A DNA stretch of 64,000 bases from Spirochaetota bacterium. Its GTDB lineage: Bacteria; Spirochaetota; UBA4802; UBA5550. This document shows positions 50,317-59,416 of the stretch, one piece after another (the first letter of the stretch is position 1; each line of letters begins with the position of its first letter). Made by a program: the position numbers and the translations under genes. The notes under the pieces are model-generated. The model did not search any database, was not told the DNA's origin, and worked only from the letters and a program-made list of their open reading frames with translations. Location: the NCBI GenBank assembly GCA_963664815.2, contig CAXXHB010000003.1:1568001-1632000 (forward strand), given 5' to 3'.

Positions 50317-50835
50317 ATGAGCGGCAGGATTACAATTTGCCTTCAGAAGAGCGTTACAAAAAGAAAATTTCGCGGAACCGTTGAATTTCCCGGAAATCTC
50401 TACTCGTCAATACTTGGTGACCTGATAAAAGAGGGTCTTCTTACAGAATGGAAAGATGGGGATTATGAGGGGAAACCCTGTAAAATTAAAGAAGTAACCC
50501 TTATGTATATGGAGAATGAACTCACAGCGCAGCTGATACTTCAGCGGGATCAGGATGGCTACAACATGAACATCAGATTTGATCAGCAGAAGATCGAAAT
50601 ATACGAAGAGTGGGAGAACCAGGCTGGAAGCAGTATTGAAGAAGCATTGCAGAAGGTCACAGCTGTTGAATCCGCCCTTATCGATTACGAGGTGCTTAAA
50701 TATTACCACAAGGACAGAATTGATGTGACCCTTAATGTAAATGAATTCTCCGATGATCTTGTTAAGATTAAAGTGAATGATAATTATGAAAACCGTTCCC
50801 AGAAGATAGAATATTATGCCGTGGAGAGGTATTAA
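50317..50835 (+). CDS. hypothetical protein (possible FtsH-ternary-system fvmX-type component)
   Basis: RBS present; abuts the next ATG. N-terminus MSGRITICLQKSV loosely recalls MSRAYRI-type partners of these ATPases. Confidence 0.65.
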   Translation: MSGRITICLQKSVTKRKFRGTVEFPGNLYSSILGDLIKEGLLTEWKDGDYEGKPCKIKEVTLMYMENELTAQLILQRDQDGYNMNIRFDQQKIEIYEEWENQAGSSIEEALQKVTAVESALIDYEVLKYYHKDRIDVTLNVNEFSDDLVKIKVNDNYENRSQKIEYYAVERY

Positions 50836-52533
50836 ATGCAGGATCTTCTTGAGGTAATAAAAAATGAATACAAAGCCGGATACAGGGCAGGTGTTGATGA
50901 ATTTTCTGATTTATTCTGGGACAGCGATGAGGAGAACAATCTCCATAATACTCATTTCCGGGTATTCAGAAAACAGATAGATTCAATTACTGAATCCCTT
51001 TTTAATAAAAAGAGTGTAGTGGTTTACTGTGACAGAAACCTTTCAAGACATATAGGCAGATGTCTGCGTGACAGGATAAAAGAGAAAAGCCGCATTTATG
51101 GCGGGGATAGCAGGCTCAACCCGATTGAATGCGGATTTCTAGAATATAACAGCAGCGCGAAAACAACATCTACAAGGGTAAGAGAATTTCTCATATCGGA
51201 GAAAATAGGTGCCGGCGAAACATGGATTGTATATAATTTTGACCTGATTTCAGTAAAAAATATCGGCGATTCATCTATTGATATAGATTTGTGTTTTAAT
51301 TTTCTTGAAAAAAAAAATCAGGGAGCCAAGCTTGTAGTATTTGTTGACCCGGATATTTGTACCCTTCCGAAATATTTTGAAAAACATTTTGATACGGTTT
51401 ATATTAATGGAATTTCATCCCCGGCATCTCTTCTCCCTGTGTTTACTTTTAAAGAGTTCCAGAAGATTGCATCAATAGAAAAAGGCAAATCATGGGATGA
51501 CGTTGAAATAGAAGACATTAATATTAACCCGGAGGTTCTATACCAGCTTTATAACTACCTTTCAGCATTTTCACCTGAAGAGATAAGGGTGATCCTTAAA
51601 ATGGAAAGGAAACCCGATGAAAGCTTTGTCGATTCGGTTAAAAGAAACAGAAACAGGTATCTCCATGATGTTATGGATCTTTATTCCGTAAGCAAGGATT
51701 TTAAAATCGAGGTTCCGTGGCTGAAAAAGGAAAAAGATCAGATTATAAATCTTATAAACTATTCACAGGTAAAGGTTCATGCAAATCCTCATAAAAAGAT
51801 AAGGGGTATAATCCTTTATGGCCCGCCGGGCAACTCAAAAACCACACTCATCAAGAGTATATGCCAGGATATAAATACAAACTATATTATAGTCAGTGCA
51901 TCTGATATAAAGAGCAGATATTTAGGCGATTCAGAGAAAGCTGTTAAGGATCTTTTCAGGAAAGCCGCCCAGGCTGCACCATGTATTCTTGTATTTGATG
52001 AGATGGAAGCGCTTTTCTTAAGCAGGGATATTCAGATGAGCAATCCATCAGGGGGTATGCTAGGGATTGTGAGCACGCTCCTTCAGGAGATGGACTCTAT
52101 TCAGAGCAGCGTTAATGTTTTTGTTATAGGAACTACCAATAAACTTGAAATGCTCGATAAAGCATTTCTCAGACCGGGAAGATTTGACCGGATAATGAAG
52201 ATAGACCATCCCCGGAGAAGTGATATCCCGGTGATTGTCGATTCGCTGCTGAGGATATACCTCGACGGAGGGGACCCGGAGGATACCGGCAGAATTTCTG
52301 AAAACCTTGTTAAAGTAATCCAGGCAAGGTGTACCGAAGCTGAATTGAAAAAAAAAGCAGCGTTTTCTATTGCTGATATTTCCCATATTATAAGAATGCT
52401 TGATATTGAACGTTTTAACGGTAATAAAGAAGAGATCATCAAACTTGTTTCTGCAATAGTTTATGACATTGATGAGGTCAGGGCTGATACGGTGTCATCA
52501 AAAACCGGCAGACCGGATGACAGCGTTTTTTAA
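50836..52533 (+). CDS. classical-clade AAA+ ATPase (FtsH/CDC48-like ATPase domain, no protease or TM domain)
   Basis: RGIILYGPPGNSKT, SRYLGDSEK.V..LF..A, PCILVFDEME, LLQEMD, IGTTN and AFLRPGRFD motifs. Confidence 0.92.
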   Translation: MQDLLEVIKNEYKAGYRAGVDEFSDLFWDSDEENNLHNTHFRVFRKQIDSITESLFNKKSVVVYCDRNLSRHIGRCLRDRIKEKSRIYGGDSRLNPIECGFLEYNSSAKTTSTRVREFLISEKIGAGETWIVYNFDLISVKNIGDSSIDIDLCFNFLEKKNQGAKLVVFVDPDICTLPKYFEKHFDTVYINGISSPASLLPVFTFKEFQKIASIEKGKSWDDVEIEDININPEVLYQLYNYLSAFSPEEIRVILKMERKPDESFVDSVKRNRNRYLHDVMDLYSVSKDFKIEVPWLKKEKDQIINLINYSQVKVHANPHKKIRGIILYGPPGNSKTTLIKSICQDINTNYIIVSASDIKSRYLGDSEKAVKDLFRKAAQAAPCILVFDEMEALFLSRDIQMSNPSGGMLGIVSTLLQEMDSIQSSVNVFVIGTTNKLEMLDKAFLRPGRFDRIMKIDHPRRSDIPVIVDSLLRIYLDGGDPEDTGRISENLVKVIQARCTEAELKKKAAFSIADISHIIRMLDIERFNGNKEEIIKLVSAIVYDIDEVRADTVSSKTGRPDDSVF

Positions 52534-52548
52534 AAAGGAGGATTTTGT

Positions 52549-52854
52549 ATGATAAATCAGGATGCAAAGATAGTTTTCAGTATAAAGGGTTTTAATGAAA
52601 CCGGAAAGCTGGATGACCGGGAATTTTCAATCGAAGTGGATATTGATTGTGAATTAAAACATAAAGAGGGTATGCCAGATGCTGAACATGGGAATATGCA
52701 TGATCTGATTGTAAGTTATGTAAAAGACTTCATTATGGAGCCCGGGCCCGGGCCGTACCAGCGTCGTTCGCTTGATGTACATGACAGAGATAGTAAAGAG
52801 GCGGAGAAAATAAGCCAGCCGGATGTTTTACGGGTAGAAGTAACAGAGCAATAA
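52549..52854 (+). CDS. small hypothetical protein (possible fvmX-type component)
   Basis: aggagg RBS; FNETG...F.IEVD...EH...HD pattern; lies between two ATPase genes. Confidence 0.7.
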   Translation: MINQDAKIVFSIKGFNETGKLDDREFSIEVDIDCELKHKEGMPDAEHGNMHDLIVSYVKDFIMEPGPGPYQRRSLDVHDRDSKEAEKISQPDVLRVEVTEQ

Positions 52855-52870
52855 AAGACAGAGGTAATAT

Positions 52871-54112
52871 ATGAATCAGAGACTATCACAGAAGAAATTT
52901 AAAGAGGACCTACATAATAATATTACCGGAGGGGTTCTGGACCGGATAAAAAATATCAGAATGGAGATGAGGCAGCATTTCTGGGGGAGCAGATACGAAG
53001 AAATTATTGATAATATTATAATTGCAGCAATGGCCGGTCAGCCGATCCTCCTGATCGGGAAACCGGGAGTTGCTAAATCTCTTATAATGACAACCTTTTT
53101 TTCTCTCTTAGGACTTAATAAAACATATCAGGACGAAAAAGGGGAATCCCTGCCAGGGGCCAAGTATTTTCAATATCTTCTTCATAGCTTTACAATGCCG
53201 GATGAAATTCTTGGAGTAATCAAGATAGGAAAGTTTTTAGAGGAGAGCAAATTTGTAAGGGAGAGAGAGGGTTCCCTGAATGATCAATATGTGAAAGCCG
53301 CGTTTCTTGATGAAGTTTTTAATGCCAATTCTACCATACTGAATATGCTTCTTAGCATAATTAATGAGAAGGAGTTTTATGAAGGGGGGGTAGCTCACAG
53401 GAGCAACCTGTTTATAATTGCCGGTGCCGCTAACCGGGTTCCAAGAGAGCCAGAATTACATGCTTTTTTTGACCGGTTTCCCGTAAGGCTTATTGTTGAC
53501 CTTAACCTGAGTGAAAAAGTGAGCCTTGAAGAGTATAATAGAAGGTTGTCATTATCGTCAGACACTCTGCAGGATGAGGATCAGATAGACTTTGATCAGT
53601 CAGAGGAGATTTCGTTTGATGATCCGGTCTTTTTCAGAATAATAGATCAGGGTATAGAGAATCTGAAAAGACGATCATACTCTATCAAAGGTATAAAGTA
53701 TGACAGGTATCTCACCGGAGAGAATAGTATGCCGACTGTGGAGGATTTTGAAACGGTGCATAACTATATCGTTTCACATTATTCTGCATCGGACGGGAAA
53801 ACTTTCACGGATGACGCAAAAAAAGCCATGGCAAGGCTTGTAGAGGATCTCAGCGAAACAGATACCTGTAATATTAATGGCCGAAATATTGTAAAACTCT
53901 ATATGCTTTCAGCCGCTTCTGCAATTTTCAGGGCGGCTGTTGAAGGTCCGGGTGATGATGGATTCTCTCAGCCGCAAATAACTGTTCAGGATCTTTCCGT
54001 ATTCAGGAATATATGGAATTCAGATAATAATGAAATAATATCAATGCATTTCGGGGCGGTGGATAGTATATTGAACGAATATGACAGTGATTATAAAGGT
54101 TACAATGGATAA
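52871..54112 (+). CDS. MoxR/RavA-family AAA+ ATPase
   Basis: ILLIGKPGVAKS, YFQYLLHSFT.PDEILG, FLDEVFNANSTILNMLL and AFFDRFPVR motifs. Confidence 0.93.
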   Translation: MNQRLSQKKFKEDLHNNITGGVLDRIKNIRMEMRQHFWGSRYEEIIDNIIIAAMAGQPILLIGKPGVAKSLIMTTFFSLLGLNKTYQDEKGESLPGAKYFQYLLHSFTMPDEILGVIKIGKFLEESKFVREREGSLNDQYVKAAFLDEVFNANSTILNMLLSIINEKEFYEGGVAHRSNLFIIAGAANRVPREPELHAFFDRFPVRLIVDLNLSEKVSLEEYNRRLSLSSDTLQDEDQIDFDQSEEISFDDPVFFRIIDQGIENLKRRSYSIKGIKYDRYLTGENSMPTVEDFETVHNYIVSHYSASDGKTFTDDAKKAMARLVEDLSETDTCNINGRNIVKLYMLSAASAIFRAAVEGPGDDGFSQPQITVQDLSVFRNIWNSDNNEIISMHFGAVDSILNEYDSDYKGYNG

Positions 54113-55520
54113 AGAATTCATATCTGAATTATACGATTATGCCGAATTTTCTCCTATTCTGAGGGAAATAGACAGGATATATTATACTTATTCAGATTAT
54201 ATTACTGATTCGAGTTCTCTCGGGGATGATATTCTTAAAATTCATTCTATAGAACTGGAGGATGCTTTTATTGTAGTTTATTTATTTTTAGTTTTAATAC
54301 TTTTACAATTTGATCCTGCAGGAAATCTAAAATACAGATTTAAAAGAATTGCTTCCGAGTTTTCCGGAACAATATGCTTTAACTTTGCTAAAAGGCTTGA
54401 TGAGTTTACCGGTTTTTCAGCTCCATCTGTAAAGGATTTCCGAAATTTTCCGGAAATCCTACCGGCTGTAATGGGGATTCTTTTCAATCTCCGGAGTCAA
54501 ACTGATTTATCTCTTTTTGTTGAATCAATACTCAGGGAGAGGTTTTATTTTTTTTCATCTATTTATCTTGATGACAGCAAAAGGCCGATGGTTAGAGGGA
54601 TAGCTGCAAAGTTGTACTCGGCTTATATCAACGATAAAATGAGAGTGTATGAATTATTTGACGGCCCGGAAGGCAGTTACGTGAAGAAACCGGTCAGCAG
54701 GTTTAAACAGATTAATGTAAATGAATTTGATGTTTACAGTTATTACGGAAGTATGCCTATACCTTCTGAATTCTGCAGGATGAAGGCCGGTAAATATTTT
54801 AAACCGGATAAAATTCTGAAAAAACATAACAATCCTATAGCGGGTTACAAAGATGATCCATTCAGAGATATCGGGATTGTTGCAAAGTACGATTATTTAG
54901 CAGGACGGATGATAAAGCTCGGTGAGTCGTTTGATAAAATAATTGAGAGGAGTTTCAATCTCAGATTTGTCATAATACATCCTGTTGCCGGACTTTTTCA
55001 AAGAGAACTGCTTGATATTATACCTCTTGTTTTTACTCATTTTTTTTCTGAATACGTTCCTGATGTAACTTCCATAAATCTTAAAATAATCAGGGGAAAC
55101 AGCATTGATGGTTTTTCAAAATATGAAATGGAGTTTGATACCATCCCTCTCATAGACTGTTGTTTTCTTTCTGATCATTACATGAATTCCTATTTTCTTC
55201 ATAATATGAATGAGGAACCGATGGACAGGATTACTTTAAAAAAATTTTTTGAAGAAAAAAGTTATATAGTAATAAACTCTCCGGATAGCCCCGGGCTGGA
55301 GCAGAATATGATGAAAAGTCTGTTAAATCCTTTATTCTGTATGGGGAATATTGAACTGCATAATGATGATTCATTGCTGTTTAAATCTGACAATATGTAC
55401 CGGGAGGAATTGCTTAAATTTTTTGACAGTCATTCACAGTCATTCACAGCCGGTTTTTATGATATCCTTCGTCATGTGTCTTCCAGAATTATTCGTGCGG
55501 GGGAAATGGAATATGTATAA
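54105..55520 (+). CDS. hypothetical protein downstream of MoxR ATPase
   Basis: Likely start MDKEF overlapping the MoxR stop; no intact MIDAS DxSxS motif seen. Confidence 0.7.
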   Translation: MDKEFISELYDYAEFSPILREIDRIYYTYSDYITDSSSLGDDILKIHSIELEDAFIVVYLFLVLILLQFDPAGNLKYRFKRIASEFSGTICFNFAKRLDEFTGFSAPSVKDFRNFPEILPAVMGILFNLRSQTDLSLFVESILRERFYFFSSIYLDDSKRPMVRGIAAKLYSAYINDKMRVYELFDGPEGSYVKKPVSRFKQINVNEFDVYSYYGSMPIPSEFCRMKAGKYFKPDKILKKHNNPIAGYKDDPFRDIGIVAKYDYLAGRMIKLGESFDKIIERSFNLRFVIIHPVAGLFQRELLDIIPLVFTHFFSEYVPDVTSINLKIIRGNSIDGFSKYEMEFDTIPLIDCCFLSDHYMNSYFLHNMNEEPMDRITLKKFFEEKSYIVINSPDSPGLEQNMMKSLLNPLFCMGNIELHNDDSLLFKSDNMYREELLKFFDSHSQSFTAGFYDILRHVSSRIIRAGEMEYV

Positions 55521-57378
55521 ATATTACAAAACATCTAATTTGATGTTTACATTGAGGCAGCTTGAAAGGATTCCGGTCCAGGATATATCGTATAACGAAG
55601 AGTATTCGGTGTTCAGGGTCAAGTATACAAAAAGTTTCCGGCCGTCTTTTTATCTATTGTCTTATGAAGATGGTATATACTCTTCCATGAAAATAAAATT
55701 TTCTCCTGTCGGGGAATACCACGAAATAATACACCAGGAGATAGATTTCAGTGGAAGGAAGAAATACGGATGGGACGGAGGCTCCGTGCTTATTCTTTTC
55801 AGGAAGAATAAGCACGGAAAAAATGACGATGGGATCATCAGGATTCTTGAAAAAGTTGTGGCGAAACAGGATATTATTATAAAATCGTCATTTCTTAATA
55901 ATGAGATGTGGGACTTTGGTCTGCTTATTGATAATTTGAAGGATTACCTGTTTATTAAACTGATTCATGAATCGGGTGTCGCGGACGTTTTTGAAAGATG
56001 TGATAACTATGTTTTCTTTAAGGACATGCAGGGATATTATCCGAAATGTTTCACCCCCTGGGACAGGATTATTATTCCAAGAACTGATTCTGAACTTGCA
56101 GTGCCTGACATGCTTCTGATGATGGATGGTGATTCAAAGGTAACAGGCTGCATGATTCCATCAAAAAATTTTGAAACAGTTTTTACGAATCTAAAGGTAT
56201 ATCTTGACAGGGTCTCATTTGAAAAAACAGATATTGCGGAGTCAGAAAAAATTTCGCTTACCATAAGGCAGCCGGCTTTTAAACCTGTAACTGAATTTAA
56301 ATCAGAGATAATAAAACAGATTTCATACGTAAACAGTTTAAGGGAACAGCTTAGACGGCAGGAGATAAAACTCCGGAATATGGAGTCTAATCTATCTGTT
56401 GTACAGGATCAGGTTACCACACCTGCAGGATTGCTTAAGGTTACTATACCACAAAAACCTTCCAGATTATGGCAATCGGTTTTTAATAAAATTCTGATGT
56501 CGCTTCCAGGGCGTAATTTTTCATCTCAGGTTTTCAGAAAGAAAGAATCGTATGAAATTATTGTTATGGATAATGGCTGTATAGACCCTGATATGAAAAA
56601 TCCGGATGGTGTACTGGATGGGATGACTCTTCCTGATTATAGAGAAAGCCTCTATTCGCTGGATATGAGACTTTTTAATGAAACAGGACTTTCGTTGTTT
56701 TTTCCGAAGTATGATGGATCAGGCAGACCGTTTGTTATAGGGAGATTCAATAATGATCTTGCTCCTATGCTTTTCAGATCGTTGATACAGAAGTTAAGCC
56801 GGGAACTGGACTCCGGAGAAGAACAGCAGGAGGGTATGGCGGATACTATTGAGGTGCATAATCAGACTGGTTTTATGATTATTGGTGATGAAAACAGTGA
56901 TGATGAAAGCAGAGATTATTTAACGGAAGAATATTATTATATTATAGATAGCGGTATGGATGCGGATGATCCGCTGATTCATATATCACGCTACAGCAGG
57001 CATGATCTTCTTCCATTTGATAGCTTGTGTGACAGGTTTATGATTAATGCAAATATAAAACGGATTGAATTGGATAACTCAGATCATAATGACAGGATAG
57101 AGATATTCGGTGAAGGTGATTTTATTAAGTCATTTCAGGACAGGCTATATGGCAGGGATAATGAAGCTCTATTTAATAACCTTAATGAGAGGAAAAAGAC
57201 TTTTACTGATGATAAACAGGTTTTTGAAAAATCTATCAATGACTTTATTAAAGACAGGGACAGGTTTAACAGTATTACCTCTTCAGCCGGGAAAGCATTG
57301 AAAAAGATGCAGAAAATAATAGATAACGTATCAGGGATGGAGTCGGGAAGAAAAGTGGAAGGAGATGGAAAGGAATAA
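55513..57378 (+). CDS. hypothetical protein with coiled-coil segments
   Basis: Likely start MYKYY overlapping the previous stop; heptad-like LREQLRRQEIKLRNMESNL and a helical C-terminus. Confidence 0.72.
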   Translation: MYKYYKTSNLMFTLRQLERIPVQDISYNEEYSVFRVKYTKSFRPSFYLLSYEDGIYSSMKIKFSPVGEYHEIIHQEIDFSGRKKYGWDGGSVLILFRKNKHGKNDDGIIRILEKVVAKQDIIIKSSFLNNEMWDFGLLIDNLKDYLFIKLIHESGVADVFERCDNYVFFKDMQGYYPKCFTPWDRIIIPRTDSELAVPDMLLMMDGDSKVTGCMIPSKNFETVFTNLKVYLDRVSFEKTDIAESEKISLTIRQPAFKPVTEFKSEIIKQISYVNSLREQLRRQEIKLRNMESNLSVVQDQVTTPAGLLKVTIPQKPSRLWQSVFNKILMSLPGRNFSSQVFRKKESYEIIVMDNGCIDPDMKNPDGVLDGMTLPDYRESLYSLDMRLFNETGLSLFFPKYDGSGRPFVIGRFNNDLAPMLFRSLIQKLSRELDSGEEQQEGMADTIEVHNQTGFMIIGDENSDDESRDYLTEEYYYIIDSGMDADDPLIHISRYSRHDLLPFDSLCDRFMINANIKRIELDNSDHNDRIEIFGEGDFIKSFQDRLYGRDNEALFNNLNERKKTFTDDKQVFEKSINDFIKDRDRFNSITSSAGKALKKMQKIIDNVSGMESGRKVEGDGKE

Positions 57379-57380
57379 TT

Positions 57381-57635
57381 ATGCCTCATAGTAATGAACC
57401 GGTTTATTATGACAGAAGCCGTATCGCCTCTATGTTGGATGAAGCGGCTGAGATAACTAATGTTCTGGTCTCTGACGCTGATATTATGTTGGATCAGTTT
57501 AATAGAATAACTAATAGAAAAAAGCCGTGGTATGAGGGTAATATACAGGGAGAGGGGGAATCCGGTTTGTTTGAAAATATACTGAGTTTTATTAAAAAGA
57601 TGCTGTTTCCGGTTAAATCCGGAGGTGGAAAATAA
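57381..57635 (+). CDS. small hypothetical protein
   Basis: aagga RBS; 2-nt and 5-nt gaps to its neighbours; amphipathic C-terminal helix LFENILSFIKKML. Confidence 0.65.
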   Translation: MPHSNEPVYYDRSRIASMLDEAAEITNVLVSDADIMLDQFNRITNRKKPWYEGNIQGEGESGLFENILSFIKKMLFPVKSGGGK

Positions 57636-57640
57636 TAATT

Positions 57641-59416
57641 ATGTTTTTGTTAGAGAAATATACTGATAGATTATTTTATAAGGTTCTGAAGTTTTATTTT
57701 TCAGAGAGATTCAATTTTCTATCCGGGTGTGCTTCATTTATCAGATCACGCAGAAAATCTGTTATAATATCTGCAATTATTATTCTCCCTGTTTTTTTTC
57801 TGTCGTATGATATTATATTAATGAATTTTATATATCCTTTGTCACTAAACAGGATTTCTTCTGTTTTTCATCTTCTCATGATAGGGATTTCGTATGCAGT
57901 ATTTTTTATGGATATTAATCTTCATGAGAGTGTCCGGAAACGGTTAGCAGCTTTCATTGTTTTTTCACTGCTGCTTATTCTGACTCTTAACGTTGTAATT
58001 AATGAAGCAAATTCATTGCCGGGTTATTTTAATAAGGTTCTTGCAATGTTGAATTCTGTAATTCTTTTTATGATAATTGCAGTTCTTACAGGTTTCTCCG
58101 CTACCGAGAGAGCTTTTATTGAAGGACTCAATGCTTTCAGTGAGACGGTGAAATCTGATTTTACTGACGTTATTGTGAAAAAAAAATTCCCGGGGGAAAA
58201 TGGTCGTATATTCAGACTATTAGGCATAGCCGGTGATCCGGAGCCCGGGGATATGAATGCCATGAATTCTCTTGTTGAGAGAATAGAGATTATCTCTATG
58301 ATGCTTTATCTTGTTGATATAAAGATGGCAGACATTGATGACGGGTATTTTAATAAATGGAAACCAGCAGGTATCAACAATTATCTGCAGAATAAAATTT
58401 CAATCGTTAACTACCGGATTATAAAGAGGGTTGATATATCTATTGGAGAGATTATAAGTACAGATTATGTTACATCCTCATCTTTTTCTCTTGTGATGTT
58501 TATGAATTATCTTATATCGCTTCTTGGTGAATCTATTAATATTCTAACTAAATTTAACAATTATCCGGATGATATCAGAGACGGTATTTTTGAAATATCA
58601 ACTTATGCTGCACGACTGGTTGCCGCTGAGTGCATGATTTTTGCCGATGATAGAAAGCTTTTCAGTTCTACATCTGAATCAGCCGGATATTATTATAACT
58701 CAGTAGATTTAATGGTTAAAAACTGGGAGTGGATAGATTATTCCGCCGCAGACTGTATATTTTTTAGTTTTAAAGCGGGCATCCTGAATCAAAATCCATT
58801 TATCTCTATTGCTGATCTTCTTGATCCAGCGGTTGAGGATATGAAAATTCATGTTGAGAAATACAGGAGCCCTTTCAGAAACAGACTCAGTGAAGCGGCG
58901 GCGATACTGTTTTTCTATCAGCTTATGGGATTGTTAGAAAAAGATCAGCCGGCAGAATCTGCTGCTGTTTTTTCTGACTCAGATGTCAGTCATGTTTTAA
59001 AAAGATACGGTGAAACAGCCTATTCTGTTTCTTCAAATGAATATTTCAAAGGAATTTTAGATTCATTGAATGAGGTTTTAAGATTTGCAATCAGGGATGT
59101 TAATACTACTGAGGCGTATTTCTGGATGATTTTTATAAAGAATAAAGGTAAATTGTATGATCCCTGGTTCAGATCTTTTTTTATACCATTAATGACGCAT
59201 TCATCAAGATGTAATTTTCTGAAGTTCTATGCAAATACTCCCGGGAGCTACTCTTCTGACAGGGAGTACGGTCTTTCCATATTCCCGGATAACCGGTCTG
59301 ATTCTCCGGAGGCGCAGATTATCTCTGATTTTCATGAGAAAATAATTATTTTTGATGTTATCAATCAGGAAAAGGCATCCCCTCTTGAACTTGTTGACAG
59401 CCGGGTTAAGGGATGA
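57641..59416 (+). CDS. hypothetical membrane protein (about 4 N-terminal TM + helical soluble domain)
   Basis: ggaggt RBS; four hydrophobic stretches within residues 40-150. Confidence 0.75.
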   Translation: MFLLEKYTDRLFYKVLKFYFSERFNFLSGCASFIRSRRKSVIISAIIILPVFFLSYDIILMNFIYPLSLNRISSVFHLLMIGISYAVFFMDINLHESVRKRLAAFIVFSLLLILTLNVVINEANSLPGYFNKVLAMLNSVILFMIIAVLTGFSATERAFIEGLNAFSETVKSDFTDVIVKKKFPGENGRIFRLLGIAGDPEPGDMNAMNSLVERIEIISMMLYLVDIKMADIDDGYFNKWKPAGINNYLQNKISIVNYRIIKRVDISIGEIISTDYVTSSSFSLVMFMNYLISLLGESINILTKFNNYPDDIRDGIFEISTYAARLVAAECMIFADDRKLFSSTSESAGYYYNSVDLMVKNWEWIDYSAADCIFFSFKAGILNQNPFISIADLLDPAVEDMKIHVEKYRSPFRNRLSEAAAILFFYQLMGLLEKDQPAESAAVFSDSDVSHVLKRYGETAYSVSSNEYFKGILDSLNEVLRFAIRDVNTTEAYFWMIFIKNKGKLYDPWFRSFFIPLMTHSSRCNFLKFYANTPGSYSSDREYGLSIFPDNRSDSPEAQIISDFHEKIIIFDVINQEKASPLELVDSRVKG

